The notes under the pieces were generated by a model, which saw only the letters and a list, made by a program, of their open reading frames with translations, was not told the origin of the DNA and ran no database searches. The position numbers were made by a program, and so were the translations under genes. Positions 30,474 to 39,441 of a stretch of 64,000 nucleotides of DNA are shown piece by piece (the stretch's first letter is position 1; every line of letters starts with the position of its first letter). This DNA is from Vicinamibacterales bacterium (GTDB taxonomy: Bacteria; Acidobacteriota; Vicinamibacteria; Vicinamibacterales; UBA8438): the NCBI GenBank assembly GCA_965222905.1, contig OZ244976.1:6794012-6858011 (forward strand), in the 5' to 3' direction.

Positions 30474-31081
30474 GTAATAGGAGGGCGACAGGCAGCGGGG
30501 AACGCCGGGAAGGCGGAGCACGATGAGAGAGACGAGAGACTGCGGGCGCCGGGCTCCGGGCTACAGCAGGCGCTGCAGGAAGCGGGGGCGTGCCGGCATG
30601 AGGGGCACGAGGTCGAGTGGCTCGCCGCGCCCCTGGCCGGCGGACCAGGCCCGATCGGGCGCCGGGCGGGCGCCAACGGCGAGGGCGGCGGAAGGGAACC
30701 GCGGGCCGAGAGGACCGGCGCAAGCCCGGGGGGCGCAGGCGCAGTGGTGAGCGGGGTGTTTACCGACGGGTGCGCAATCCCGAACCCGGGACCGGGCTCT
30801 TTCTGCTGCTTCCCGCCGGCCTCGTTGCGGCCGCGGCCTCTCCGCATTTTCAACGCGGTCGCGTCTCTACTGCCGTCCTGCCGGCTTCCTCCCCACCCGC
30901 GTCCTCTCGCTCGGTCTCGTCCCCGGCGTCCTGCTCCGGCCGCGCCTCTCGCAGCCACCCCGCGCGTGGGCCGGGCGGCCGTCGCCGACCCCGTTCCGCT
31001 CGTCGTAGTCTTGCAGGATCCGGTCGCCGATCGCTCTCGTGGAGCTCGCTGTCCACGCGTGCCGCCCCGGTGGTTCGACCC

Positions 31082-31450
31082 CTACTCGAGCGGCTCGCTC
31101 GTTGCGTGCGCTCTCCCCGCCGCCTCGTCGATCAGCGCCGGCGTCACCGTCTGCTGCTCCTTCATGTCGGCGAGCGTTCTTGCGACCCGCAGCACCCGGA
31201 TTGCGGCCTCGGCGCCTTCCCTCTCCCTCTGCCGCTCGAGTTCGCGGGCTGCTTTCGCTGTCAGTCTCGCGCCTGCGTAGACCCTGTCGGCCTGTGCTGT
31301 GCCGTTGCGGCCGCCCGGCCCGTAGCGCGCCTCCTGCATCTGTTCGGCCTCGCCGATCCGTCGCTGCAGCGTTTGCTCGCGCACGTCCCTCGCTGTCCGT
31401 CCCGGGGGCGTTGTTTCCCTCTCCCGGCGGCCGACCCAGGCGCCGATCTG
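31082..31450 (-). pseudogene. C-terminal remnant of a YifB/ComM (Mg-chelatase-like) ATPase
   Basis: IRVLRVARTLADM...VTPALIDEAAGR. Confidence 0.55.
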
Positions 31451-31459
31451 GAAGATGCG

Positions 31460-31682
31460 TCCGATCCTCGATACGGCAACCGAAGTAGGGGGCGAACTTC
31501 CAGGCGTTCTCGACGGTAATGGTGCGATACCTCCCGCGGGCGACATCGCTGACGTAGGGCTGCGTCAGGCGGAGCGCCTTCGCGAGGGTCACCTGCGTCA
31601 CTTTCGCCAGCGCCATGGCCTTCGCCACGCGGTTGGAACCCGGTTCCGAGCGAAGGACCGCGAGCTGCTGCTCGGTGAGCAT
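31460..31682 (-). CDS. XRE/Cro-C1 HTH regulator, 3' end fused to unrelated sequence
   Basis: MLTEQQLAVLRSEPGSNRVAKAMALAKVTQVTLAKALRLTQPYVSDVARGRY..ITVENAWKFAPYFGCRIED. Confidence 0.75.
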
Positions 31683-32416
31683 CTCGAATGGAACTATACG
31701 TGTGAGACCTTCGCCACGTTCTCGACCGCATGCCGCGGGCGGGGCCAGCGGAGACTGCCGCCGTCAAGGTGGGAGAACATGCGGTTCGGGCTCGGCGACC
31801 GGCGTCACCGCTCGTCGTCGAGGCTGACTCGAGGCGCGCAGCAGGATTGGTGGTCTGCTCGGCCGGCGCGACGCCGGCCAGGCTCCGGTTCAGGCCCGTC
31901 TTTGCCTTCACGTTCGACCCGGGCGCCTCGTTGGTTCCCCGCGCGTGCGGGCGTTGCTCCCGGCAACTGGCAACCAGTTGCAAGTTGCCGGGAGGTCCAT
32001 CCCCGCGCGGGCGGGGTGCGCCTGTAACCTATTGGTACTGCGATAGTTAGCGGGTTCTAGTGTGCTGTCGGACCATTCAGTCCCACATCCCATTCTTCTT
32101 GGTTGCACGGCCGCGTGGGCTTTGTGCTCGTTCCGGTCGAGCTGACCGTTGGGTTGGCTTGTTCCTGAGCTTCTTGACCGCAACTCCTCGCGGTCCTGGT
32201 TGGACCGGGCCCAGGCCCTTTCCCGCGGCCCGGTCCTCGTTGGGTTACCGTTCGGTCCGGTCGCCGCCTTGCCAGTGACCGTGTGAGTCGTCACCGGCAA
32301 TCCGATCTCCACCTGACTCGTGGGTGCCTGCAGAGCCCCCACCGCCCGGGCGCCGTCCACAGGGACTGCCGCATGGAGCCGTTCGAACTCCGGCGGCGAC
32401 GCGTAGCTGGTTTTCC

Positions 32417-32437
32417 GGTAGTGTCCCAGTTTGAAAT
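32417..32437 (-). mobile_element. IS1-family terminal sequence
   Basis: GGTAGTGTCCCAGTTTGAAAT, about 30 nt after the HEPN copy B stop. Confidence 0.7.
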
Positions 32438-32467
32438 CCGGCGCGGCTAACCCGGCACGGACCTTGC

Positions 32468-32953
32468 TCAACGCGCGCCGCTGGGCAGTTCCTCGAACAC
32501 GGCGATCAGGTCTTGAAGGGCTACGTCCAAGTCAACCCCGTACGCAAACGTCGGCTTTGAACCGGGCGGCATCTCCCCGACATACCGCGAATCTTCGAAG
32601 TCGGTCTTGTGCTTGGCGAGGATGGACCGCACAGACCCATGCACAACCCGCTCGACCACGCCCTTGCGCTGCTGCTCGATGGCCGTTTGCGTCTTCTGGT
32701 CCAGCGCGTCGAACAGCTTGAGGAGGTCGTGCCCCCACTTGTGCGACCCCATCGTCTTGATGGCGACGGCCTTCAAGGCCAGCTCTGCAGCCAGAGCGCG
32801 CAAGACAGGGGCGGCGAGCATACTCCCAAGGAATTCTTCGGGGGTCGTCCGATCACCACCCTCCAGTTGGCCGGCCCAAACACGGTCGAGATCGGCAGCC
32901 ACCCGGCGCAAGCCCACGGCTTGCGTGATGGCGATCTCCATCCTCATCATCAT
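32468..32953 (-). CDS. HEPN-like domain protein (copy B)
   Basis: About 90% identical by eye to 26063-26548; AAELALKA, GHDLLKLF, FEDSRY. Confidence 0.7.
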   Translation of the reverse strand: MMMRMEIAITQAVGLRRVAADLDRVWAGQLEGGDRTTPEEFLGSMLAAPVLRALAAELALKAVAIKTMGSHKWGHDLLKLFDALDQKTQTAIEQQRKGVVERVVHGSVRSILAKHKTDFEDSRYVGEMPPGSKPTFAYGVDLDVALQDLIAVFEELPSGAR

Positions 32954-32972
32954 CACTCGTCCCAGTGCCCGA

Positions 32973-33461
32973 TCAGACGCCGAACAGAGTCTTGCGGACG
33001 GTCTCGCTGACGATGTCCGTGAGAAGCCCCCGCATGCCTTCAACGCCTTCTCTACCCGCCTTCTTCATGAGCTTCTTGAACCGGGTTTCTGCGAGCCGCG
33101 CGCGCGGATTCTCACGCACCAGATCGGGCAAGGTCTTCTTCAGGGACTCCTTCTCATCATCCGACAGAGCATCCATCTCGTCAGCCATTTCTTCGGCGGC
33201 GCGGAGGGACGTTGCCGTCCAAGGGAACGGCTCCCCGCACTTGTAGCAGAAGGCGGGTGCCGTGTACCTGCTGAAACGGATGACGTCCGGCACGTGGTGT
33301 GTCCCGCGGATCTCGGTCTCGCAGGCCGGGCACGCCGTGATCGTTCGCGAGCCGCACTTGTCACAGTGATCCTGATTGCTGATCGGATAGTCGCGCGCGC
33401 TGGAGTTCGCCACATGCCCGTTCTCGCAGATCTGGGCGAGGTCGTAGTGACTGTCGTCCAT
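32973..33461 (-). CDS. DUF2321 zinc-ribbon-like protein
   Basis: YDLAQICENGH, HCDKCGS.TITACPAC...IRG, PAFCYKCGEPFPWT, LPDL...PRARLA..RFKK. Confidence 0.85.
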   Translation of the reverse strand: MDDSHYDLAQICENGHVANSSARDYPISNQDHCDKCGSRTITACPACETEIRGTHHVPDVIRFSRYTAPAFCYKCGEPFPWTATSLRAAEEMADEMDALSDDEKESLKKTLPDLVRENPRARLAETRFKKLMKKAGREGVEGMRGLLTDIVSETVRKTLFGV

Positions 33462-33709
33462 GCCGCCTCTCGTCGGAGCCCGCCGGATGCGGACCCGGTT
33501 CTGTGTCCCGGTGGATTCGTCAAGGGGAGAGCGCTGAACGCCGGGGTCGTCAGGTCTCGGGTCACGGTTGCGTCATCGCGGCCGTGTACCCCCATCCAGT
33601 GTATCAGATCCCGCCGCAGACCCCAGGGCTTGCGGTTCCGCACGATCGGCGAGACTGGCACTGGGGGTACGGCACGGCGCGCCGTGCTACCCTGATCTGA
33701 ATGATCTTC

Positions 33710-33870
33710 CGATCGTTGGCCGAATCCACAAGACGTTGCGGGTGACCCCGGCGATGGCCGCGGGTGTGACGAGCGAGCTTCGGGATGTCGAGTGGATCGC
33801 GGAGCTGGTGGCGGCACGGGATCCGAAGCCGGGTCCGCGGGGGCCGTACCGGAAGACGAAGCAGCCATGA
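33710..33870 (+). pseudogene. C-terminal remnant of an IS1-family transposase
   Basis: RIHKTLRVTPAMAAGVTSELRDVEWIAELV...KPGPRGPYRK. Confidence 0.75.
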
Positions 33871-34073
33871 GTAAGACTGACAGCCAGAAGCTCGACCTTG
33901 AGAAACTCCTTCAAGACGGGTACGCCAAGTACGCCGCCGTTACAGAAGACAAGTTCGGCTCGCCGAAGACCCAACTGGCCCCAGTCAGGCGATTCTGCGA
34001 CTTCTTGCTGAACGGAACCGTCCCACACCCCGACATTCCCGTTCCTGGTCCGCCGCCGAAGTTGCGGCGCTGA
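33867..34073 (+). CDS. 68-aa passenger ORF inside the IS1-family remnant
   Basis: ATG overlaps the transposase stop (ATGA); followed by the IS end at 34115. Confidence 0.5.
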   Translation: MSKTDSQKLDLEKLLQDGYAKYAAVTEDKFGSPKTQLAPVRRFCDFLLNGTVPHPDIPVPGPPPKLRR

Positions 34074-34114
34074 GACGCCAGTGCCGACGAGTGACCGCGC
34101 CTGATCAGCGCGAG

Positions 34115-34135
34115 ATTTCGAACTGAGACATTACC
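34115..34135 (+). mobile_element. IS1-family terminal sequence
   Basis: ATTTCGAACTGAGACATTACC. Confidence 0.7.
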
Positions 34136-34247
34136 GGTTTTCCCGGATCGTTCTCGTGATTCCGCGCGCGCTGTATGGCTCGTTGGCGCGCTCGGTCGTC
34201 CGTCGGTGGCCGGGGATCTTCCTGATCGAGCAGGGTGCCCGTGCCCT

Positions 34248-34982
34248 CTACGGCATCACGCGTTCGACCATCTCCAGCCGCGTTCGGGTGCTTTGTCCCG
34301 GGACGGTTCTTCCTTCCACCAGCCGACGGGCCAGCCGCCGGATCTCGCTCAGTCTCGTCGGCCGGTAATTCAGCTGCTCGACGCTGACGTTGATGTGCCG
34401 GTTCGGCGTCGGTGACTCCTGCTCGTGCACGTGTCCGTGGACGTTGATCGCGCCGTGCGGCACCTGCAGCAAAGGCACGTGGGTCAGCACGAGCGGCGGG
34501 TCGCCCGCCGCGTACAGCGTCACCGCTGTGCGGTCGATCTCGAACGGGCGGATCTGATTGACCGGGTCGACGTCGTGATTGCCGAGCACGAGCCACTTCG
34601 CCCCCGGCGCCTTCTGCCACCATTCTTGGTGGTGCGCCAGGGCCTCGCCGTCGACGGTGACGTCGCCCAGGCAGATGATGGTCTCGCCCTCGGCCACCTG
34701 TTCGTACCAGGCCTCCATCATCGCCGTGTCGGCTGCGGCAGTCGTCCGGAACGGTCTTCCGAAGACGGTGCGCGAGTGTTCGTGCCCCAAGTGCAGGTCC
34801 GACCAGATCCAGGTCGTCGCGTCGGCTTCGGTCCACCCCGCTGGGCCGATCGTCTGCGCCCGCCGGATCAGGGCCTCGGTCTGCCGCCGGTTCACCATCG
34901 GGCCTCCAGGCGGCAGCAGCGACTGCTGCAGTTCGTCGACGTAGAGCGCGTGCAGCCGCTCGGCCGCCGTTTCTACTGCCAT
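34248..34982 (-). CDS. Calcineurin-like metallophosphoesterase with an N-terminal extension
   Basis: SDLHLGH, LGDV, GNHD, LTHVP, VHGHVH, NVSVEQLNYRP. Confidence 0.9.
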   Translation of the reverse strand: MAVETAAERLHALYVDELQQSLLPPGGPMVNRRQTEALIRRAQTIGPAGWTEADATTWIWSDLHLGHEHSRTVFGRPFRTTAAADTAMMEAWYEQVAEGETIICLGDVTVDGEALAHHQEWWQKAPGAKWLVLGNHDVDPVNQIRPFEIDRTAVTLYAAGDPPLVLTHVPLLQVPHGAINVHGHVHEQESPTPNRHINVSVEQLNYRPTRLSEIRRLARRLVEGRTVPGQSTRTRLEMVERVMP

Positions 34983-35393
34983 CGTCTCTCCGCTGTTTCC
35001 CTTCCCCGGGACGGGGACATTCGTCGCGTAGGTGTTCACGCCTTCTCCGGTCAGGACCGACGGCCGTGCGCCGCGACCTGATTATCTCTTGGCGCGCCTG
35101 CTCGGGTTCGTGCCGTGCTCGCGCTTGCGCCTGCGTGCTCAGCCCAACGCGTTGGCCTTGTTGTGCCCTCGGTCCCGCGGCTGCAGGCGGTCCCGCGGCT
35201 GACCGTTTCTCGGCGGGGGCACGGTCAGCCTGCCGCTGGCTTGCTCCTGCCCGCACCCTTGCGGGCGCTGCACGACGTTAGCGTCGACCTTGCGACGTTT
35301 CTCTCGCTTGCCAGTTCCGTATACGATCTGCCCCAGACGCCGTCTGAGAGGCTCAATCCTTGAGCCCGGACGGCCCGGAAATCATCCTCGCGC

Positions 35394-37388
35394 ATGACCA
35401 ACGGCGACCTGCACTGGATTGCGAACTACATCTGGGGGATCGCCGACGAGGTCCTCCGCGACGTCTACGTCCGCGGCAAGTACCGCGACATCATCCTGCC
35501 GATGATTGTCCTGCGGCGCCTGGATGCCGTGCTCGAGGAACGCCACCGGGACGTCCTCGACATGAGCGCGTACCTTGATGAGCTCGGCGTGGTTGACAAG
35601 GACGCCACTCTCCGGCAGGCGGCGGGCCAGGCCTTCTACAACACCTCGAAGTTCACCCTGAGCGATCTACGCATTTGCGCCAACCGGCAGCAGCTCAAGA
35701 CCGACTTTGAGGCCTACCTTGATGGGTTCTCGCTCAATGTTCAGGACATCCTCGAGAACTTCGAGTTCCGTACCCATATCTCGAAGCTCTCCAAGGCCGA
35801 CGCGTTGGGCACGCTGATCGAGAAGCTCACCTCGCCCGACGTCAACCTGGGCCCAGACCCGGTGAAGAACGCCGACGGCTCCGTCCGGTATCCCGGACTC
35901 GACAACCACGGCATGGGGTCGATCTTCGAGGAACTCCTCCGGCGCTTCAACGAGGAGAACAACGAGGAAGCGGGTGAGCACTGGACGCCGCGCGACGCCG
36001 TGCGGCTGATGGCGAAGCTCGTCTTCCTGCCCGTCGCTGACGAGATCAAGTCTGGCACCTACCTGCTCTACGACGGCGCCTGCGGCTCTGGCGGCATGCT
36101 GACCGTCGGCGAGGAAACGCTGCAGCAGCTTGCGACCGAGCACGGCAAGGATGTCTCGACGCACCTGTACGGCCAGGAGATCAACGCCGAGACCTACGCC
36201 ATCTGCAAGGCGGACCTGCTGTTGAAGGGCGAGGGCGAGGCGGCCGACAACATCGTCGGCGGTCCCGAGCACTCGACGCTCGCCAACGACGCCTTCCCGT
36301 CGCGCGAGTTCGACTTCATGCTCTCGAACCCGCCCTACGGCAAGACGTGGAAGGTCGACCTGGAACGCATGGGCGGCAAGAAGGAGATGTACGACCCGCG
36401 CTTCGTCGTCGAGCATGCGGGCGATCCTGAGTACTCGCTGGTCACGCGCTCCAGCGACGGCCAGATGCTCTTCCTTGCCAACAAGCTCTCGAAGATGAAG
36501 CAGGGCACGCTGCTCGGCAGCCGCATCGCCGAGGTCCACAACGGCAGCTCGCTGTTCACGGGCGACGCCGGGCAGGGCGAGAGCAACATCCGCCGCTGGA
36601 TCATCGAGAACGATTGGCTGGAGGCGATCGTTGCCCTCCCGCTGAACATGTTCTACAACACCGGCATCGCCACCTACGTCTGGGTGCTCACCAACCGCAA
36701 GCCCGAGCACCGCCGCGGCAAGGTGCAGTTGATAGACGCGACGAAGTGGTTCCGGCCGCTCCGCAAGAACCTGGGCAAGAAGAACTGCGAGTTCGGCGAC
36801 GAGGACATCGCCCGCATCTGCGACACGTTCCTCGCCTTCGAGGAGACCGAGCAGAGCAGAATCTTCGACAACGCCGCCTTCGGCTACTGGAAGGTGACCG
36901 TCGAGCGGCCCCTGCGAATCGAGGCCGCCGCCCCGAACCGCGTCTACAACGCGGCCGAGATCAAGGCTCTGAAGGAGACCGGCAAGCGGAGCGAGGACGC
37001 GCCGGCGATCATCCGGAAGGTCCACAAGCGGGGGACGGAGGCCGATTCGCTGCGCGGCCTGTTTGCCGTCACCGTCGACGGCCGGGCCGTCGTAGTGGAG
37101 TACGAGCCGGACACCGACCTGCGCGACACGGAGCAGATCCCACTGCAGGAGGACGGCGGCATCGAGGCGTTCCTGCGGCGCGAAGTGCTGCCGTACGCCG
37201 CTGACGCGTGGTACCAGGCCGACAGCGTGAAGGTCGGCTATGAGATCAGCTTCACGCGCTACTTCTACAAGCCGAAACCGATGCGGTCTCTGGCGGAGAT
37301 CCGGGCTGATATTCTGGCGTTGGAGCAAGAGACAGAGGGACTGCTGGCGCAGATTCTGGGCCACGGTGAAGCGGCCGCGACGCGATGA
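35394..37388 (+). CDS. hsdM: Type I restriction-modification N6-adenine methyltransferase subunit M
   Basis: YDGACGSGGML (SAM binding), NPPYG (motif IV), GEHWTPRDAV, FYNTGIATYVW. Confidence 0.95.
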   Translation: MTNGDLHWIANYIWGIADEVLRDVYVRGKYRDIILPMIVLRRLDAVLEERHRDVLDMSAYLDELGVVDKDATLRQAAGQAFYNTSKFTLSDLRICANRQQLKTDFEAYLDGFSLNVQDILENFEFRTHISKLSKADALGTLIEKLTSPDVNLGPDPVKNADGSVRYPGLDNHGMGSIFEELLRRFNEENNEEAGEHWTPRDAVRLMAKLVFLPVADEIKSGTYLLYDGACGSGGMLTVGEETLQQLATEHGKDVSTHLYGQEINAETYAICKADLLLKGEGEAADNIVGGPEHSTLANDAFPSREFDFMLSNPPYGKTWKVDLERMGGKKEMYDPRFVVEHAGDPEYSLVTRSSDGQMLFLANKLSKMKQGTLLGSRIAEVHNGSSLFTGDAGQGESNIRRWIIENDWLEAIVALPLNMFYNTGIATYVWVLTNRKPEHRRGKVQLIDATKWFRPLRKNLGKKNCEFGDEDIARICDTFLAFEETEQSRIFDNAAFGYWKVTVERPLRIEAAAPNRVYNAAEIKALKETGKRSEDAPAIIRKVHKRGTEADSLRGLFAVTVDGRAVVVEYEPDTDLRDTEQIPLQEDGGIEAFLRREVLPYAADAWYQADSVKVGYEISFTRYFYKPKPMRSLAEIRADILALEQETEGLLAQILGHGEAAATR

Positions 37389-37412
37389 AGCCGAGCGCAA
37401 CGGGAGCGGGCA

Positions 37413-37655
37413 ATGACTGATAATCCATCGGCGGAGTCGCGAGCGCGGCCGGCGGAGATCATCTTTGAGGTCACGGAAGCGGTCGAAGGCGGGTACGACG
37501 CCAGGGCGCTTGGATACAGCATCTACACGCAGGGAGAGAACTGGGACGATCTGAAGGAGATGGCGAGGGACGCCGTGCTCTGCCATTTCGATGAGGACGG
37601 GGCGCCGCGCGTGATCCGGCTGCATCTCGTGCGGCAAGAGGCTATCGCGGTATGA
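37413..37655 (+). CDS. hicB: HicB-like antitoxin
   Basis: EIIFEVTEAVEGGYDARALGYSIYTQGENWDDLKEMARDAV..HF; coupled to hicA. Confidence 0.75.
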   Translation: MTDNPSAESRARPAEIIFEVTEAVEGGYDARALGYSIYTQGENWDDLKEMARDAVLCHFDEDGAPRVIRLHLVRQEAIAV

Positions 37656-37900
37656 AGCTGCCCCGCGACCTCTCCGGCACCGAGGTCGCCCGGCGGCTCG
37701 CCCGTCACTACGGCTATCGCGTGACTCGGAGCCGAGGCAGCCACATGACCGTGACGCTGACGGCGGAAGGCGAGCAGCATCAGGTGACCGTACCGCGGCA
37801 TCGGGACGTGCGAATCGGCACGCTGGACGCGATCATCGCCGATGTGGCGGCATTCCTGGGTCTGCCCAAGCAGGCGGTACGGGACACCCTCTTCGGTTGA
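37652..37900 (+). CDS. hicA: HicA-family mRNA interferase toxin
   Basis: GYRVTRSRGSHM...VTVPRHRDVRIGTLDAII. Confidence 0.9.
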   Translation: MKLPRDLSGTEVARRLARHYGYRVTRSRGSHMTVTLTAEGEQHQVTVPRHRDVRIGTLDAIIADVAAFLGLPKQAVRDTLFG

Positions 37901-37904
37901 TGTG

Positions 37905-38263
37905 ATGGCCGCCGAACTCAAGCCGTATCCGGCCTACAGGGACTCCAGGGTGGAGTGGCTGGGGAAGGTGCCAACGCGTTGGGAGGTGCGTCGAGCAAAA
38001 TGCCTATTTCGTAGGATCGTTGGCGGATCAACACCATCGAGCGACCAACCGCGATACTGGGGAGGCGCTCACGTTTGGGTGACGCCGACCGACGTTAGCA
38101 GGTCCGCCCGCATACGCGGTTCGCAACGACAATTGACGCAGGAGGGGTTGCTCAGTTGCTCAGCCGAACTCGTGCCAGCCGGGAGCATCGTAGTCACTTC
38201 ACGGGCGCCGGTTGGAAATGTTGCGCTGGCTGAAGTGCCGCTCTGCACCAATCAGGGCTGTAA
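37905..38263 (+). pseudogene. hsdS: Type I RM specificity subunit S, truncated by ISAzo13
   Basis: LKPYPAYRDSRVEWLGKVPTRWEV...GGSTPS...SRAPVG...TNQGC, then the IS; remainder not found. Confidence 0.9.
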
Positions 38264-39441
38264 GGACACTGCGCGAAACTAGTTTGCCATCTGCTGGGTT
38301 GCTGGTCATACTGCAGGTATGAAGCGAGACATCGAGCTGGAAGCGACCCTGGTTGCGAAGTATGCCGTGGTCGCGCCCGTGTTGGACGAGCGCAGTCGCC
38401 GCCGGTGGGCGGCGGCCGAGTCGCTCGCCATCGGCTACGGCGGCGACGCGGTGGTTTCGTCGGCCACCGGTGTGGCTCGGGAGACGATTCGCAAGGGGCG
38501 CCGGGAGATTGCCCGCGACGAGGCGCCGACGGACCGCATCCGACGCCCTGGCGGCGGACGGCCCCGCATCCAGCAGGATCAACCCGGCATCCAGGCCGCG
38601 CTCCAAGCGCTGGTGGATCCGCTCACGCGCGGCGACCCGACCTCGCCGCTGCGCTGGACGTGCAAGAGTCGCGCGAAGCTGGCGGCGGCGCTGACCGAGC
38701 AGGGGTGGCGGGTGAGTTCGACCACTGTGGGCCGGCTGCTGCACCGCCTGGGCTACCGGCTGCAATCGCCGCGCAAACGGCAGGAAGGCGCCACGCATCC
38801 GGACCGTAACGCGCAGTTCGAGCACATCAACCAGACCGCGGACGAGCATCTGACCGCCGGCCAGCCGGTGATCTCGGTCGACACGAAGAAGAAGGAGCTG
38901 GTCGGGAACTTCAAGAACGGCGGGCGGGAATGGCAGCCGAAGGGCACGCCGCCGGCGGTGCTGGTGCATGATTTCCCGACCGACGCCGAGGGCAAGGCGA
39001 TTCCGTACGGCGTCTACGACATGGCGCGCAACGAAGCCTGGGTGAGCGTGGGCTGGGACCACGACACACCGGCGTTCGCGGTGGCGTCGATTCGACACTG
39101 GTGGCATCAGATGGGTTGCGGCGCCTACCCCGAGGCCACGACCCTGTTCATCACGGCCGATGCGGGCGGGAGCAACGGGTATCGGTTGCGCGCCTGGAAG
39201 CATGAGCTTCAACAGTTGGCCGACGAGACCGGACTGACCATCGAGGTGAGTCATTTTCCACCCGGCACCAGCAAGTGGAACAAGATCGAGCACCGGCTCT
39301 TCTGTCACATCACGGCGAACTGGCGCGGCACCCCGCTGACGACGTACGAGACCATCGTCGACCGCATCGGGAACGTCCGGACAGCCACCGGGCTCCGGGT
39401 CCGGGCCGAACTCGACGCCGGGGAATATCCCACAGGCGTTA

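Noticed and set aside
35667-37637. Long antisense ORFs (also 47327-50404, 43123-45063, 13876-15204, 39305-40672, 3442-4800 and others)
   Set aside because: Shadow ORFs typical of high-GC DNA, lying opposite or out of frame to genes with clear motifs; low-complexity R/G/P/A composition.
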